From assembly GCA_902777335.1 (NCBI GenBank), contig CACYTF010000008.1, positions 378 through 64,377 of the forward strand: a DNA stretch of 64,000 bases, read 5' to 3'. The notes below the pieces were generated by a model. It saw nothing but the letters and a program-made list of their open reading frames with translations. It did no database searches and had not been told where the DNA came from. Made by a program: the position numbers and the translations under genes. Below are positions 40,801-49,077 of the stretch, piece after piece (the first letter of the stretch is position 1; each line of letters begins with the position of its first letter). Source of the DNA: an uncultured Eubacteriales bacterium. GTDB lineage: Bacteria > Bacillota > Clostridia > Christensenellales > Aristaeellaceae.

Positions 40801-43334
40801 ACGTGGCCAGCGTGGAGCTGGCCGACGACCGGGACGAGGTGTTCACCAAGCTGAACGGCACGGACGGCATACTGCTGTCGCTGGAGAAGCAGTCCACCTA
40901 CTCCACCGCCGACGTGGCCGGCACCATACTGGCCCGCGCCGACGCGCTGATGGCCGAGGACCCGAGCCTGCACATCGTGGACCTGATGAACCAGGGCGAG
41001 TACATCAGCATCATCGTGGATTCGGTGCTGAACAACCTGATCTCCGGCGGCGGCCTGGCGATACTGGTGCTGCTGCTGTTTCTGATGGACCTGCGGCCCA
41101 CGATCACGGTGGCCTTCTCGATTCCCATCAGCGTGGTCATCGCCTTCGTGTGCATGTACTTCACCGGCATCACGCTGAACGTGCTGTCGCTGTCCGGCCT
41201 CAGCCTGGGCATCGGCATGCTGGTGGACAATTCCATCGTGGCCATCGAGAACATCTACCGCCTGCACGACGAGGAGGGCGTGCCGCTGCTGCGCGCCTGC
41301 GTGGAGGGCGTGCGCTCGGTCTCCGGCGCGCTGTTCGCCTCCACGCTGACCACGATCTGCGTGTTCCTGCCCATCGTGTTCGTGCAGGGCATGGCCCGGG
41401 ACCTGTTCAGCGACATGGGCCTGTCCATCGCCTACTCGCTGCTGGCCTCGCTGCTGGTGGCCATGACGGTGGTGCCCGCCATGTGCTCGTTCCTGATGCG
41501 CCGCTCCAAGCCCCGCAGGCACCCGGTGTTCGGCATGCTGCAGCGCTTCTACACCTTCCTGCTGCGCGGCGCGCTGCGGGTGAAGCCGCTGGTGCTGCTG
41601 GCGGCTCTGGGCCTGCTGGCCTTTGCCGCCATGCAGGTGCCGAAGATGGGCATCTCCTTCATGCCGGAGGTCAACTCCCGGCAGATGAGCGCCACGCTGG
41701 CCCTCGACCCGGAGATGCCCGACGCCCAGCAGAAGGACCTGGCCGTGGCCATCATGGACGACATGATGCAGGTGGACGGCGTGGACAGCGTGGGCCTGAT
41801 GGGCGGCAGCGGCGGCCTGCTGGGCGGGCTGGCCGAGGGCGGCGGCATGTCCTACTACATCATGATCGACGAGGGCACCGACCGCCGGAACGCCGACATC
41901 GCCCGGGAGATGGCCGAGATCGGCCAGCGCCGCGGCGCGGACCTGTCCGTCAGCGCCAGCACGATGGACATCTCCATGCTCACCGGCAGCGGCATCTCCG
42001 CCGAGATCACCGGCAGCGACATCGAGACCCTGCAGAAGATCGCCCTGGACGTGGCCGAGCTGGCCCGGCAGACCGAGGGCGTCGTGGACGTGAGCGACGG
42101 CCTGGAGGACGCCGTGCCGGAGCTGCGCATACAGGTGGACAAGGAAAAGGCCATCGACTCAGGCCTGACCACCGCCCAGGTGTTCCAGTTCATCGCCCAG
42201 AAGGTGATGGGCCGGGTGGAGATCACGAAGGTGACGCTGGACGGCAAGGACCTGAGCGTGTATATGCGGGACGGCGCGAACAGCGAACTTCGGCCCGGGG
42301 ACCTGGAGAACCTGGAGATCGAGGTGGACGGCGAGACGGAGAACAAGCGGGTGCGCGTGGGCGACATCGCCGAGGTGCTGGAGACCCAGAGCCTCTCCAC
42401 CATCCACCGCTCCAGCCAGCGGCGGCTGGTGACCGTGTCCTTCGGCATCGCCGAGGGCTACAGCGCCAATTTGGTCAGCGACGCCTTCGCGGCGAAGCTG
42501 AAGGACTACGCCGTGCCCGCCGGCTACAGCGTGGAGCTGGCCGGCGAAAACGAGACCGTCATGAAGATCATGCACGACCTGGTCTGGATGGTGGTGGTGG
42601 CGGTGCTGCTGATCTTCCTGATCATGGTGGCCCAGTTCCAGAGCTTCAAGTCCCCCATCATCGTCATGTTCACGATCCCGCTGGCCTTCACCGGCGGCCT
42701 GCTGGCGCTGATTCTCACCGGCATGGACCTGTCCATCGTCAGCATGCTGGGCTTCCTGGTGCTCTCCGGCGTGGTGGTGAACAACGGCATCGTGTTCATC
42801 GACTGCGTGAACCAGCTGCGCATCGGCGGCATGGAGAAGCGCGAGGCCCTGGTGGAGACCGGCCGCATCCGCCTGCGCCCGATATTGATGACGGCGCTGA
42901 CCACGATACTGGGCGTGTCCACCATGGCGCTGGGCCGCGGCATGGGCGCGGAGATGATGCAGCCCATGGCCGTGGTGTCCATCGGCGGCCTGAGCTACGC
43001 CACGCTGATGACGCTGTTCGTGGTGCCGGTGCTGTACGACCTGCTCAACGGCAAGACCATGAAGGCCCGGGAGATCCAGATGATCAAGGAGGCCGCCGGC
43101 CTGAACGGGAGCGATGTATCGGAGGGCGAGCCCGCCGCGCCGACGCCCGTCGCCCCCGCGATCCCCGCGCCCGCCGCGCCTCAGGCCGAAGCGCCGGAGG
43201 AACCACCCGTTCCCGAGCCAGCCGAACCCCCCGCCCCCGCGCCCGCGCCCGACACCCCCGCCATCACCCCCGACAGCTTCCGCTACACCCCGCCCCCAAA
43301 GGCCATGCGGGTGAAGATGGGGAGAAGGAAGTAG
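37854..43334 (+). CDS. RND/MMPL-superfamily efflux transporter permease, 1826 aa, with a roughly 700-aa coiled-coil/acidic-repeat insertion and a Pro-rich C-terminal tail
   Basis: N-terminus MFSRYSVKKPYTVIVGVILVIVLGVISFQKMTTDLLPSMDLPYVVVFTSYVGATPEQVE and the 12-TM architecture are AcrB/SwrC-like (...GIGMLVDNSIVAIENI..., ...LSGVVVNNGIVFIDCVNQ...). GGGAGG RBS. Confidence 0.85.
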   Translation: MFSRYSVKKPYTVIVGVILVIVLGVISFQKMTTDLLPSMDLPYVVVFTSYVGATPEQVESEITRPMEAAFATLTDMKKITSSSRDNVSVVTMQFNDGANMDTALIEISSRLDQLRGGWGDEIGAPVTMKLNPDMLPVAILSVTRDDMDILALSDYVEDKLVPAFESLNGVASASASGVIQQRVDITIEQSRIDVLNSAILEDIDAELAEVERQLNDAQAQLSDGKNALARAKRQALKQIDDALAAIDQGSGQIAPAIEQLTAQRDQLIAQRDQAEAALQALEGLMGMDDTQRGALLMMQQGLELLKDRLTALEAQLARGTDAGDADADALREQLIAQRDALANQLEQQRAYLSDLGLISPDALQKEIDRLTSGIKDNEGALADARAELQQLQAQRDAAQAAIDDLTRRIAEAETTAAPSENEAPAGTEVPAVTDAPVETEAPADGETTSSVSPDGEPASPEGEASGEPQEPSPVGEGAERSEAEEVSTPAEPTDKSSEEETTSSVSPDGEPASPEGEASGEPQEPSPSGEGGSAQALTEEVSTPAEPTDKSSEEETTSSVSPGGEPASPEGEASGDPADTTQEPSPDGKAEDPADATQKPSPVGEGAERSEAEEVSAPAETTADTTADEVSPPAEPKLEAPADDVPLSAEPTASPDPADTSEPSPEPTLEPEGMARRPFGMAAMAEEDDVEAMRAQLDEARKNLARLAADIAEQSELVDALAAALDVDRDTLEKRLAELAALGEDEDVRSRSEEAQRVIDMLAERIVKLDEELRQIDADNAPDALRQAIAVLREQISDIEASDAYQAMALLKDPDALKAQYTQVKDGVAQLNDGIAQIDATLEKLNKGVIPGGFIDGIDEDTNLADARSALTAARAKAVSGFADAAAQISAGEAELNKARKEFNDKREEALENAGLDGVITVQMVSGLIGAQNFAMPAGYVYDADSEQVLVRVGDKFDSLDALRRMKLFHLGLDSIQDVRLLDVASVELADDRDEVFTKLNGTDGILLSLEKQSTYSTADVAGTILARADALMAEDPSLHIVDLMNQGEYISIIVDSVLNNLISGGGLAILVLLLFLMDLRPTITVAFSIPISVVIAFVCMYFTGITLNVLSLSGLSLGIGMLVDNSIVAIENIYRLHDEEGVPLLRACVEGVRSVSGALFASTLTTICVFLPIVFVQGMARDLFSDMGLSIAYSLLASLLVAMTVVPAMCSFLMRRSKPRRHPVFGMLQRFYTFLLRGALRVKPLVLLAALGLLAFAAMQVPKMGISFMPEVNSRQMSATLALDPEMPDAQQKDLAVAIMDDMMQVDGVDSVGLMGGSGGLLGGLAEGGGMSYYIMIDEGTDRRNADIAREMAEIGQRRGADLSVSASTMDISMLTGSGISAEITGSDIETLQKIALDVAELARQTEGVVDVSDGLEDAVPELRIQVDKEKAIDSGLTTAQVFQFIAQKVMGRVEITKVTLDGKDLSVYMRDGANSELRPGDLENLEIEVDGETENKRVRVGDIAEVLETQSLSTIHRSSQRRLVTVSFGIAEGYSANLVSDAFAAKLKDYAVPAGYSVELAGENETVMKIMHDLVWMVVVAVLLIFLIMVAQFQSFKSPIIVMFTIPLAFTGGLLALILTGMDLSIVSMLGFLVLSGVVVNNGIVFIDCVNQLRIGGMEKREALVETGRIRLRPILMTALTTILGVSTMALGRGMGAEMMQPMAVVSIGGLSYATLMTLFVVPVLYDLLNGKTMKAREIQMIKEAAGLNGSDVSEGEPAAPTPVAPAIPAPAAPQAEAPEEPPVPEPAEPPAPAPAPDTPAITPDSFRYTPPPKAMRVKMGRRK
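39186..39700 (+). repeat. In-frame tandem repeat (about 162-165 bp, 3 copies plus degenerate flanks) inside the RND gene, encoding acidic P/E/S-rich units
   Basis: Unit ETTSSVSPDGEPASPEGEASGEPQEPSPVGEGAERSEAEEVSTPAEPTDKSSEE. GAGACGACCTCTTCAGTCTCGCCT recurs at 39190, 39351 and 39516. Confidence 0.85.
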
Positions 43335-43344
43335 GGAACAGGTA

Positions 43345-43371
43345 GTAGGGGCGGCGCATCGCCGCCCCTAC
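43345..43371. terminator. GC-rich hairpin GTAGGGGCGGCG-CAT-CGCCGCCCCTAC after the RND stop (no clear U-tract)
   Basis: 12-bp perfect stem. Its core GGGCGGCGCATCGCCGCCC is identical to 10434-10452. Flanked by heptamers GGGAACA/GGTAGTA. Confidence 0.45.
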
Positions 43372-43386
43372 AATACGTATGCATTT

Positions 43387-43481
43387 CCTGACACCGGGAC
43401 GGTCCTGTTGTCAGGAAAAGCTGACAACAGGACCGTCCCCGTGACAGGAAAAGTTGTCAGTAGGACCGTCCCCGTGACAGG
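43387..43481. repeat. REP family B, three units (one inverted plus two direct)
   Basis: CCTGACACCGGGACGGTCCTGTTGTCAGG aaaag CTGACAACAGGACCGTCCCCGTGACAGG aaaa GTTGTCAGTAGGACCGTCCCCGTGACAGG. Lies in the convergent spacer between the RND and caspase genes. Confidence 0.9.
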
Positions 43482-43483
43482 AA

Positions 43484-45514
43484 TTACTCCCTCCCGAACA
43501 CCACCGTGCCGTCCCCCTCGGGCCAGACCTGCACGGTCTGCACATAATCCGCCTGCGCGCCGGTCAGCTGGGCGGTGAGGCGCAGATACCACATCACGCG
43601 GCGGGCGGTGTACACGTACAGCTCGTTCAGCGTCACCCGGCCGTCGTAGTCGGCGTCGGCGCGCATGGCGGAGCGGGCTGAGCGCTCCAGGCTCCAGCCG
43701 CCGGCCTCGCAGACGGCCCGGGCGAACACGGTGGCCATGTCCGGCTCGGCGGCCTCGCGGCTGAAGCTCAGGCGATAGCTGTCCTGCTCCAGCGCGGCGC
43801 TGGCCAGCACCCGGAAGCGGCTGGTGTCCATGGCCGCGGGGCCCACGGTGCCGGAGAACACGGCGTCGATGCCCTTCAACACGTCCGCGGTGCCGCCGGA
43901 GGCGCCGATCACGCCGCCGCTGCCGCAGCAGTCGATCAGCACGATGTTCTCGCCCTTCACCTCCCGCAGCGCCGCGGCCAGCTCCGCCGCGGTCAGCACC
44001 GAGCCGTCGTACATCTGAAAACAGGTCACGCCCCCGGCATAGTAGCCGTGGCAGGTGATGTAGAACAGGTTCACGTCGCCGTCCCCGGCCTCGGAAAACA
44101 CATCCCGCACAGCGGCCAGCACGCCGTCGCGGGTGACGTCCAGCCGGGTTTCGATCTGCACCTTCGCGCCGCTGAACGACAGGTTCTGCAGCATGCTGCG
44201 CAGCGCGGCCACCGAATGGACGGAGCCGGTGCGCACCGAGGCCACCGTGGACGCGTAGTTCTGCTCGCCCACCAGCAGCGCCCGCCAGCGGCGCGGCGCG
44301 GGGCCCACGCGCACCGTCAGCGCGTCCGACAGCCCGCCGTCCAGCGCCCGCACGGTCACCGTGGCGGTGCCCTCCCGCAGCGCGCGCAGCACGCCGCCGC
44401 GGTCGACGCTGACGATGCCCTCCGGCGCGGCGCTGTAGCTCAGCTTGGGGTCGCTGGCGTTCCCGGGCAGCACGTCGCACTCGATGGCCGCGTCGTCGCC
44501 GACGCTCAGCGCGATCTGTCGGGACAGCAGGCTCACCCCGCTGACGGGCACGTAGTGCACCCGCACCAGGCAGCGGTCGCTGGCCCCGCCCGCGCCGTAG
44601 GCCGTGACCGTGGCCGTGCCGACGCCCTCGCCGGTCACCGTGCCCGCGTCGTCCACCCGGGCCACCGCGGGGTTGGAGCTCTCCCAGTACACCACGCCCC
44701 CGGCGCCCACCGGGCTCACCCGCGCCGTCAGCCGCGCGGTATCCCTTCCCTCCAGGATCAGCGACGGCGCGGACAGCGCCACGCGGTCCGCCGCCCCACG
44801 GCCGGGCAGGCGGATCAGCCGCAGCGCGTACAGGCCGGTGGCGCCGTCCTCCGACCGAAGCCGCACGCGATAGCGCCTGCCGGGCTCGGGCCTGAAGTCC
44901 ATCAGGCACGCGCCGCCGGCGGTGCGTATAGCCTCCGAAAGCAGCCGGCCCTCGTCGTCAAACAGCATGGCCGTCAGCCGCACGCTGTCCTCGGCGGGCA
45001 CGCCCACCAGCGCCAGCGTCGCGGACTCGGCGGCCTCCACGGCATACCAGTGGGCGTCGCCCTCGCGCACAAAGGCCTTGGAGTAGGCGTCGCCCCGGGC
45101 GTCGATGTCCATGGGGCTGTCGTAGCACCGGCTCAAGGCGTGCCGGGCGATCTCCACCCGCACGCGGCCCTCGCCCCGCAGCCGCAATATGTATTCCGCC
45201 CCCGCCGTCAGGCGCGCGCTCAGCGCCGGCATCAGCCCGTCCCCCTCCGCCACCAGGCGCTCGCCCCGGTACAGGCCGGCGTGCGCCGACGGCAGCGCCG
45301 CCTCCGCCGGAAACAGCCAGACCTCGTACACACTGCCCGACGGCGCCGTGAACGCGAACGCCGCCTCGCCCCCGGACAGGTCCGCCTCCGCCATTGCCCC
45401 CGCCTCCAGCCGCCGCGGCGCGTCCGGTTCCGCCTCCGCGCGCACGGCAAGGCCAAGCCCCGATATAAGCATCGCGGCGAGGAGGAGGGCGGCGAACAAT
45501 GGTAGATGTTTCAT
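43484..45514 (-). CDS. Secreted multidomain protein: PPC-like domains + Big_2 domains + caspase (peptidase C14) domain + C-terminal EF-hand/dockerin-like motif
   Basis: Signal peptide MKHLPLFAALLLAAMLISGLGLAVRAEA. Big_2-like ...VYWESSNPAVARVDDAGTVTGEGVGTATVTA... Caspase dyad context ...LFYITCHGYY... and ...IVLIDCCGSGG... C-terminus DADYDGRVTLNELYVY. Start ATG 45514 (track uses TTG 45520). No obvious RBS. Confidence 0.75.
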   Translation of the reverse strand: MKHLPLFAALLLAAMLISGLGLAVRAEAEPDAPRRLEAGAMAEADLSGGEAAFAFTAPSGSVYEVWLFPAEAALPSAHAGLYRGERLVAEGDGLMPALSARLTAGAEYILRLRGEGRVRVEIARHALSRCYDSPMDIDARGDAYSKAFVREGDAHWYAVEAAESATLALVGVPAEDSVRLTAMLFDDEGRLLSEAIRTAGGACLMDFRPEPGRRYRVRLRSEDGATGLYALRLIRLPGRGAADRVALSAPSLILEGRDTARLTARVSPVGAGGVVYWESSNPAVARVDDAGTVTGEGVGTATVTAYGAGGASDRCLVRVHYVPVSGVSLLSRQIALSVGDDAAIECDVLPGNASDPKLSYSAAPEGIVSVDRGGVLRALREGTATVTVRALDGGLSDALTVRVGPAPRRWRALLVGEQNYASTVASVRTGSVHSVAALRSMLQNLSFSGAKVQIETRLDVTRDGVLAAVRDVFSEAGDGDVNLFYITCHGYYAGGVTCFQMYDGSVLTAAELAAALREVKGENIVLIDCCGSGGVIGASGGTADVLKGIDAVFSGTVGPAAMDTSRFRVLASAALEQDSYRLSFSREAAEPDMATVFARAVCEAGGWSLERSARSAMRADADYDGRVTLNELYVYTARRVMWYLRLTAQLTGAQADYVQTVQVWPEGDGTVVFGRE

Positions 45515-45529
45515 AGGCAATTTGGGTCG

Positions 45530-45616
45530 GGAGGGAGGAGTTAGTAGTGAGGAGTTAGGAGCAGGAGAATGCCGGGGCGGGAGGGTACAGGGAACAGGGT
45601 ACAGGGAACAGGAATA
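45530..45616. repeat. Purine-rich heptanucleotide array (GGAGTTA, GGGTACA, GGGAACA...)
   Basis: GGAGGAGTTAGTAGTGAGGAGTTAGGAGCAGGAG...GGGTACAGGGAACAGGGTACAGGGAACAGGAATAG. Complement of the CCCTGTT family. Confidence 0.85.
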
Positions 45617-45650
45617 GCCCGGGACCGGATTGCCACGTAGGGGGCTGTTC

Positions 45651-45935
45651 GTGCCTCCCCATCCGCAGATGGGGAGGGGGACCGCTTGCGGTGGTGGGGG
45701 ACCTGAACGTATCGTCGTGCGCGGCGTTTCGTTCGGAGTGCCCTATCCCCCGCTTCGCGGGTACTTCCCCGTTGCGACGGGGAAGCTATCTGTGCCTCCC
45801 CGCCGCAGCGGGGAGGGGGACCGCTTGCGGGGGTGGGGGACCTGTACGTATCGTCGTGCGCGGCGTTTCGTTCGGAGTGCCCTATCCCCCGCTTCGCGGG
45901 TACTTCCCCATCTGCGGATGGGGAAGCTATTCACC
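45651..45935. repeat. Two tandem copies of a 141-bp hairpin-rich unit
   Basis: GTGCCTCCCC(atccgcagat/gccgcagc)GGGGAGGGGGACCGCTTGCGG...GTATCGTCGTGCGCGGCGTTTCGTTCGGAGTGCCCTATCCCCCGCTTCGCGGGTACTTCCCC...GGGGAAGCTAT. The unit starts recur at 45651 and 45792. Confidence 0.85.
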
Positions 45936-46098
45936 ACGGCGATTCGTTCTCCTGAATCGAACAAATCCCGTCATAGCAGTCGCGCCACTGCGCCTTCGCG
46001 CAGGCGCGACCAGCCCGCGCGCATCCTGTGGATGCCAGCGCGGCGCTGCCGCCGACCCGCTTCGCGTGGGCGGCGGTGCGTAAAGGGATTTGCACCGC

Positions 46099-46134
46099 AA
46101 TTCCTCATTCCTAATTCCTCATTCCTCATTCCCC
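46099..46134. repeat. Heptanucleotide array ATTCCTC x about 5
   Basis: AATTCCTCATTCCTAATTCCTCATTCCTCATTCCCC. Complement of the GAGGAAT array at 61228-61262. Confidence 0.85.
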
Positions 46135-46159
46135 GCCACACCCGCCAATCCCCCAGGGC

Positions 46160-46178
46160 GGGCGCCGCATCGGCGCCC
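46160..46178 (-). terminator. GC hairpin GGGCGCCG-CAT-CGGCGCCC downstream of the SpoIID-domain gene (no clear U-tract)
   Basis: 8-bp perfect stem with a CAT loop, followed by CTAC as in the hairpins at 10434 and 43345. Lies 17 nt after the stop at 46196. Confidence 0.4.
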
Positions 46179-46195
46179 CTACGTGCGAACCACTC

Positions 46196-48133
46196 TCAGT
46201 ATTCCAGGTATTCCTCCTTCACATATCCCTCGATCTCCGCGGTGTGGACGGCGACCCAGCCGTCCTCGTCGGGTTGGGAGGACACGATCAGGCGTCGGCC
46301 CTTGGCCAGGCGGTCGACGACGCGGGCGGCGGTGGTGGGCTGTTCGCGCACGTTCAGCGCGGAGGCCGTCACCGCGGCGTAGCGCTCGCCTTCCTTCAGC
46401 GCGGGCAGCGGGGCGGGCGTGGGGGTGGGCGTGGGCTTGGGCCGGGCGGCGCCGACGCTGTCGGGCAGGGCGTCCAGCGCGGTGAGGCCCTCCTCGGGCC
46501 AGGCCATGCGCTCCACGGACAGGCCGGGGTAGTAGAAGGCGATGATCTGCTGCCAGTTCATGCCGTAGTGGCCGGCCATCCACTGGGCCCCGCGCTGGCT
46601 CATGCCCACGCCGTGGCCGAAGCGGCGCATGATCAGCGTGAACGCCCGGGGCTCGCCGTCGGCGTCGGCCTGGGTTTCCACCGAGATCAACTCGCAGTCC
46701 GAGCCGTTCAGGCCCAGGGACAGCTTGTCCTTGATCTGGTCGTAGACGCTCAGCGTCACCGGGTAGATCTCGTCCGAGAGCGCCCACGCCCGGGGGACCT
46801 CGGTGGGCTCGGCGGTGGGGGCCTGGGTCTCTTCTTCGGTGAAGATCGCGGCCAGCGCGCCGGCCTCGCCGGTGGGCTCCGGCGCGGGCGACTCGGTGGG
46901 CGACTCGGCGGGCGACTCGGTGGGCACGGGCGTGGGCGTCGCCACCGGCTTCAGCAAGCGGGCCCGCAGGCCGAACTCCAACCCCTCGTACATCCGGCTG
47001 CCCTCGAACCGGGGGTTCACCGGCGTGACGGAGGCGATGGAATCAAACTCCCACTCCCCCGCCCCCCAGCCGTCGGCGGCCAGCCGCTCGCCCAGGGCCT
47101 GCTCCAGCATCGCCTTCAGCGCGGCGCTGCCCTCGCACTTCGCGGTGACGGTCAGGTCGTTTTGCAGGCTGCGGGGGTTCTCCAGGTCGAAGGGGTCGTC
47201 CTCCATGGCCAGGTACCCGTCGCTGCCGGCGCGCTTCCAGATCTGGCTGGCCAGGGCCGTCTGGCCGCCGTTGCTGGCGGTGTAGTAGCACACGGCGAAG
47301 GCGCCGTCGTACAGGCCCACCACGCCCCGGGTGTCGTCCACGGCGCGCACCACGTTCTGATACGCCGCGTCGTAGCCCTTGAACACCTGGTCGGCGGTGG
47401 TGTCCACCAGGTCGTAGTCCCGCCCGCCGGCCTGCCACTTGCGCTGCATGGCGTAGGTGCGGGCGGCCACGGCCTGGGCCTTCAGCGCCTCGATCGGGAA
47501 GGAATCGCTCATCTCGTAGGCCACCACGCCGTACAGGTAGTCCTCCGCCTGTATGGACAGCACCGGCTTCAGGCCGTTCTGCTCCGCGGACACCTTCAGA
47601 TCGCCGCAGTACAGCGTGCGCTTCTCCGATTCGTCGATGTAAATGCCGTTCTCCGCGCCCTCCGCGGCCCGATGGCGGGTCAGCGTGACGGACGCGCCCA
47701 TGTCGATGGTCAGCCCGCCGACGCTCAGATACACCCTGCCCTCCGCCCACGACAGCGCCACCCGCGCGTCCCGGTCGAAGCGGAAGCCCGGGTCGCCGTC
47801 CACGGCGTACACGCCCGCCAGCGTCAGGTGCAGCTGCTGCGGCTCGGACAGCGACGCCAGCAGCACCCGCAGCACGCCGTCGTCCTGAATCGCCGCCTCC
47901 GGGATCGGGGCGAGCGTCGCCTCGGGCACAGGGGTTTCCGCCTCCACATCCTGCGGAATCGGCATCTGGTCCGCCGGGGGCAGCGTCACCACGGCGGCGG
48001 CCTCGGTGGCCGACGGGCCCAGCAGCCAGTCGAACAGTCCCCCCGCCCGGGCGGGAGCGTCCAGCATTAAAAGCATCGTCAGCGCCAGCGCCATCACGCG
48101 CCGCGCGTTGCGCACAGTACGGTTGTCTTTCAT
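46196..48133 (-). CDS. SpoIID/LytB-domain protein with C-terminal SH3 domain
   Basis: Start at MKDNRTVRNARRVMALALTMLLML (GGAGG RBS). EDYLYGVVAYEMSDSFPIEALKAQAVAARTYA, YYTASNGGQT and GHGVGMSQRGAQWMA are SpoIID motifs. C-terminus VTASALNVREQPTTAARVVDRLAKGRRLIV...GWVAVH...GYVKEEYL is SH3-like. Confidence 0.85.
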   Translation of the reverse strand: MKDNRTVRNARRVMALALTMLLMLDAPARAGGLFDWLLGPSATEAAAVVTLPPADQMPIPQDVEAETPVPEATLAPIPEAAIQDDGVLRVLLASLSEPQQLHLTLAGVYAVDGDPGFRFDRDARVALSWAEGRVYLSVGGLTIDMGASVTLTRHRAAEGAENGIYIDESEKRTLYCGDLKVSAEQNGLKPVLSIQAEDYLYGVVAYEMSDSFPIEALKAQAVAARTYAMQRKWQAGGRDYDLVDTTADQVFKGYDAAYQNVVRAVDDTRGVVGLYDGAFAVCYYTASNGGQTALASQIWKRAGSDGYLAMEDDPFDLENPRSLQNDLTVTAKCEGSAALKAMLEQALGERLAADGWGAGEWEFDSIASVTPVNPRFEGSRMYEGLEFGLRARLLKPVATPTPVPTESPAESPTESPAPEPTGEAGALAAIFTEEETQAPTAEPTEVPRAWALSDEIYPVTLSVYDQIKDKLSLGLNGSDCELISVETQADADGEPRAFTLIMRRFGHGVGMSQRGAQWMAGHYGMNWQQIIAFYYPGLSVERMAWPEEGLTALDALPDSVGAARPKPTPTPTPAPLPALKEGERYAAVTASALNVREQPTTAARVVDRLAKGRRLIVSSQPDEDGWVAVHTAEIEGYVKEEYLEY

Positions 48134-48434
48134 GTGACCTCCATGGGCAGGTTTCTGAACCCGCCTTTTTTTCCTTTGTTCCCAAATATTGACAATCCCG
48201 GGCGGGTCTATACGCCGCCCCTTCGGATTTTGCGTCGAAAACATCAACCCAGAATATTATAGCACGATCGCGACCGCAATGTGGGGAGAAATCGGGACAT
48301 TTCGTACGATTTTGCACATATTTCGTCATAATTTAGCACCCATTGGCCCGGCCTGCCGTCTTGCGCCGTTAATGCTGTCGGACTATAATGTATATTGGTT
48401 GTATATAGGCCGCCGGACCAAGGAGGTGAACCCC

Positions 48435-49073
48435 ATGTCCAAGTCGCTGTACGAGGTGCTGGCGCTGGGCGCGCGCTATCTGTTCGCGGGCCTGATGCTG
48501 CTGATCGTGCTGCGGGCATGGCGGATCACCCTGATCGACAGCCGCCGGGCCGCCACGCTGCGGCGCATGTCGCCCCAGACCGGGCTCAGCGGCGAGCTGA
48601 TGGTGACGGAGGGCGACGGCCAGGCCCGCCGGGGCATGAAGTACCCGGTGATCCGCGAGGGCATGATCGGCTCGTCCCGCCGGGCGGACATACGCATCCG
48701 CCACGCCAGCGTGCGCCGCAGGCACGCCTACTTCCAGCTGTCGGACGCGCGCATGCACATACGCACCCACGCCGGCGCGCCGATGCTGGACGGCGCGGGC
48801 CGTCCGGCGCGGTCGCTGGCGCTGGCGGACGGCGACGCGCTGACGCTGGGCCGGGTGTCGCTGATGCTGATATTGAACGGGGCCGACGCTCCCGCCGCCC
48901 CCCGCCGCGACGGGCGGGACGAGGACGGCGAGGAAGCTCCGCCCGACCCGGACGACCTGTTCCGCGCGCAGCCGGTGCTGCGCAAGGCGCAGGCGCCCCC
49001 GCGGGAGAAGCGGCTGGGCAAGCCCATCGACGTGGATGAATACTTCGACGTGGACGACGGCGAGGACTGGTGA
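48435..49073 (+). CDS. FHA-domain membrane protein
   Basis: Start MSKSLYEVLALGARYLFAGLMLLIVLRAW (AGGAGG RBS, one TM), then an FHA-like GMIGSSRRADIRIRHASVRRRHAYFQLSD...DGDALTLGRVSLML. Confidence 0.75.
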   Translation: MSKSLYEVLALGARYLFAGLMLLIVLRAWRITLIDSRRAATLRRMSPQTGLSGELMVTEGDGQARRGMKYPVIREGMIGSSRRADIRIRHASVRRRHAYFQLSDARMHIRTHAGAPMLDGAGRPARSLALADGDALTLGRVSLMLILNGADAPAAPRRDGRDEDGEEAPPDPDDLFRAQPVLRKAQAPPREKRLGKPIDVDEYFDVDDGEDW

Positions 49074-49077
49074 ACCG

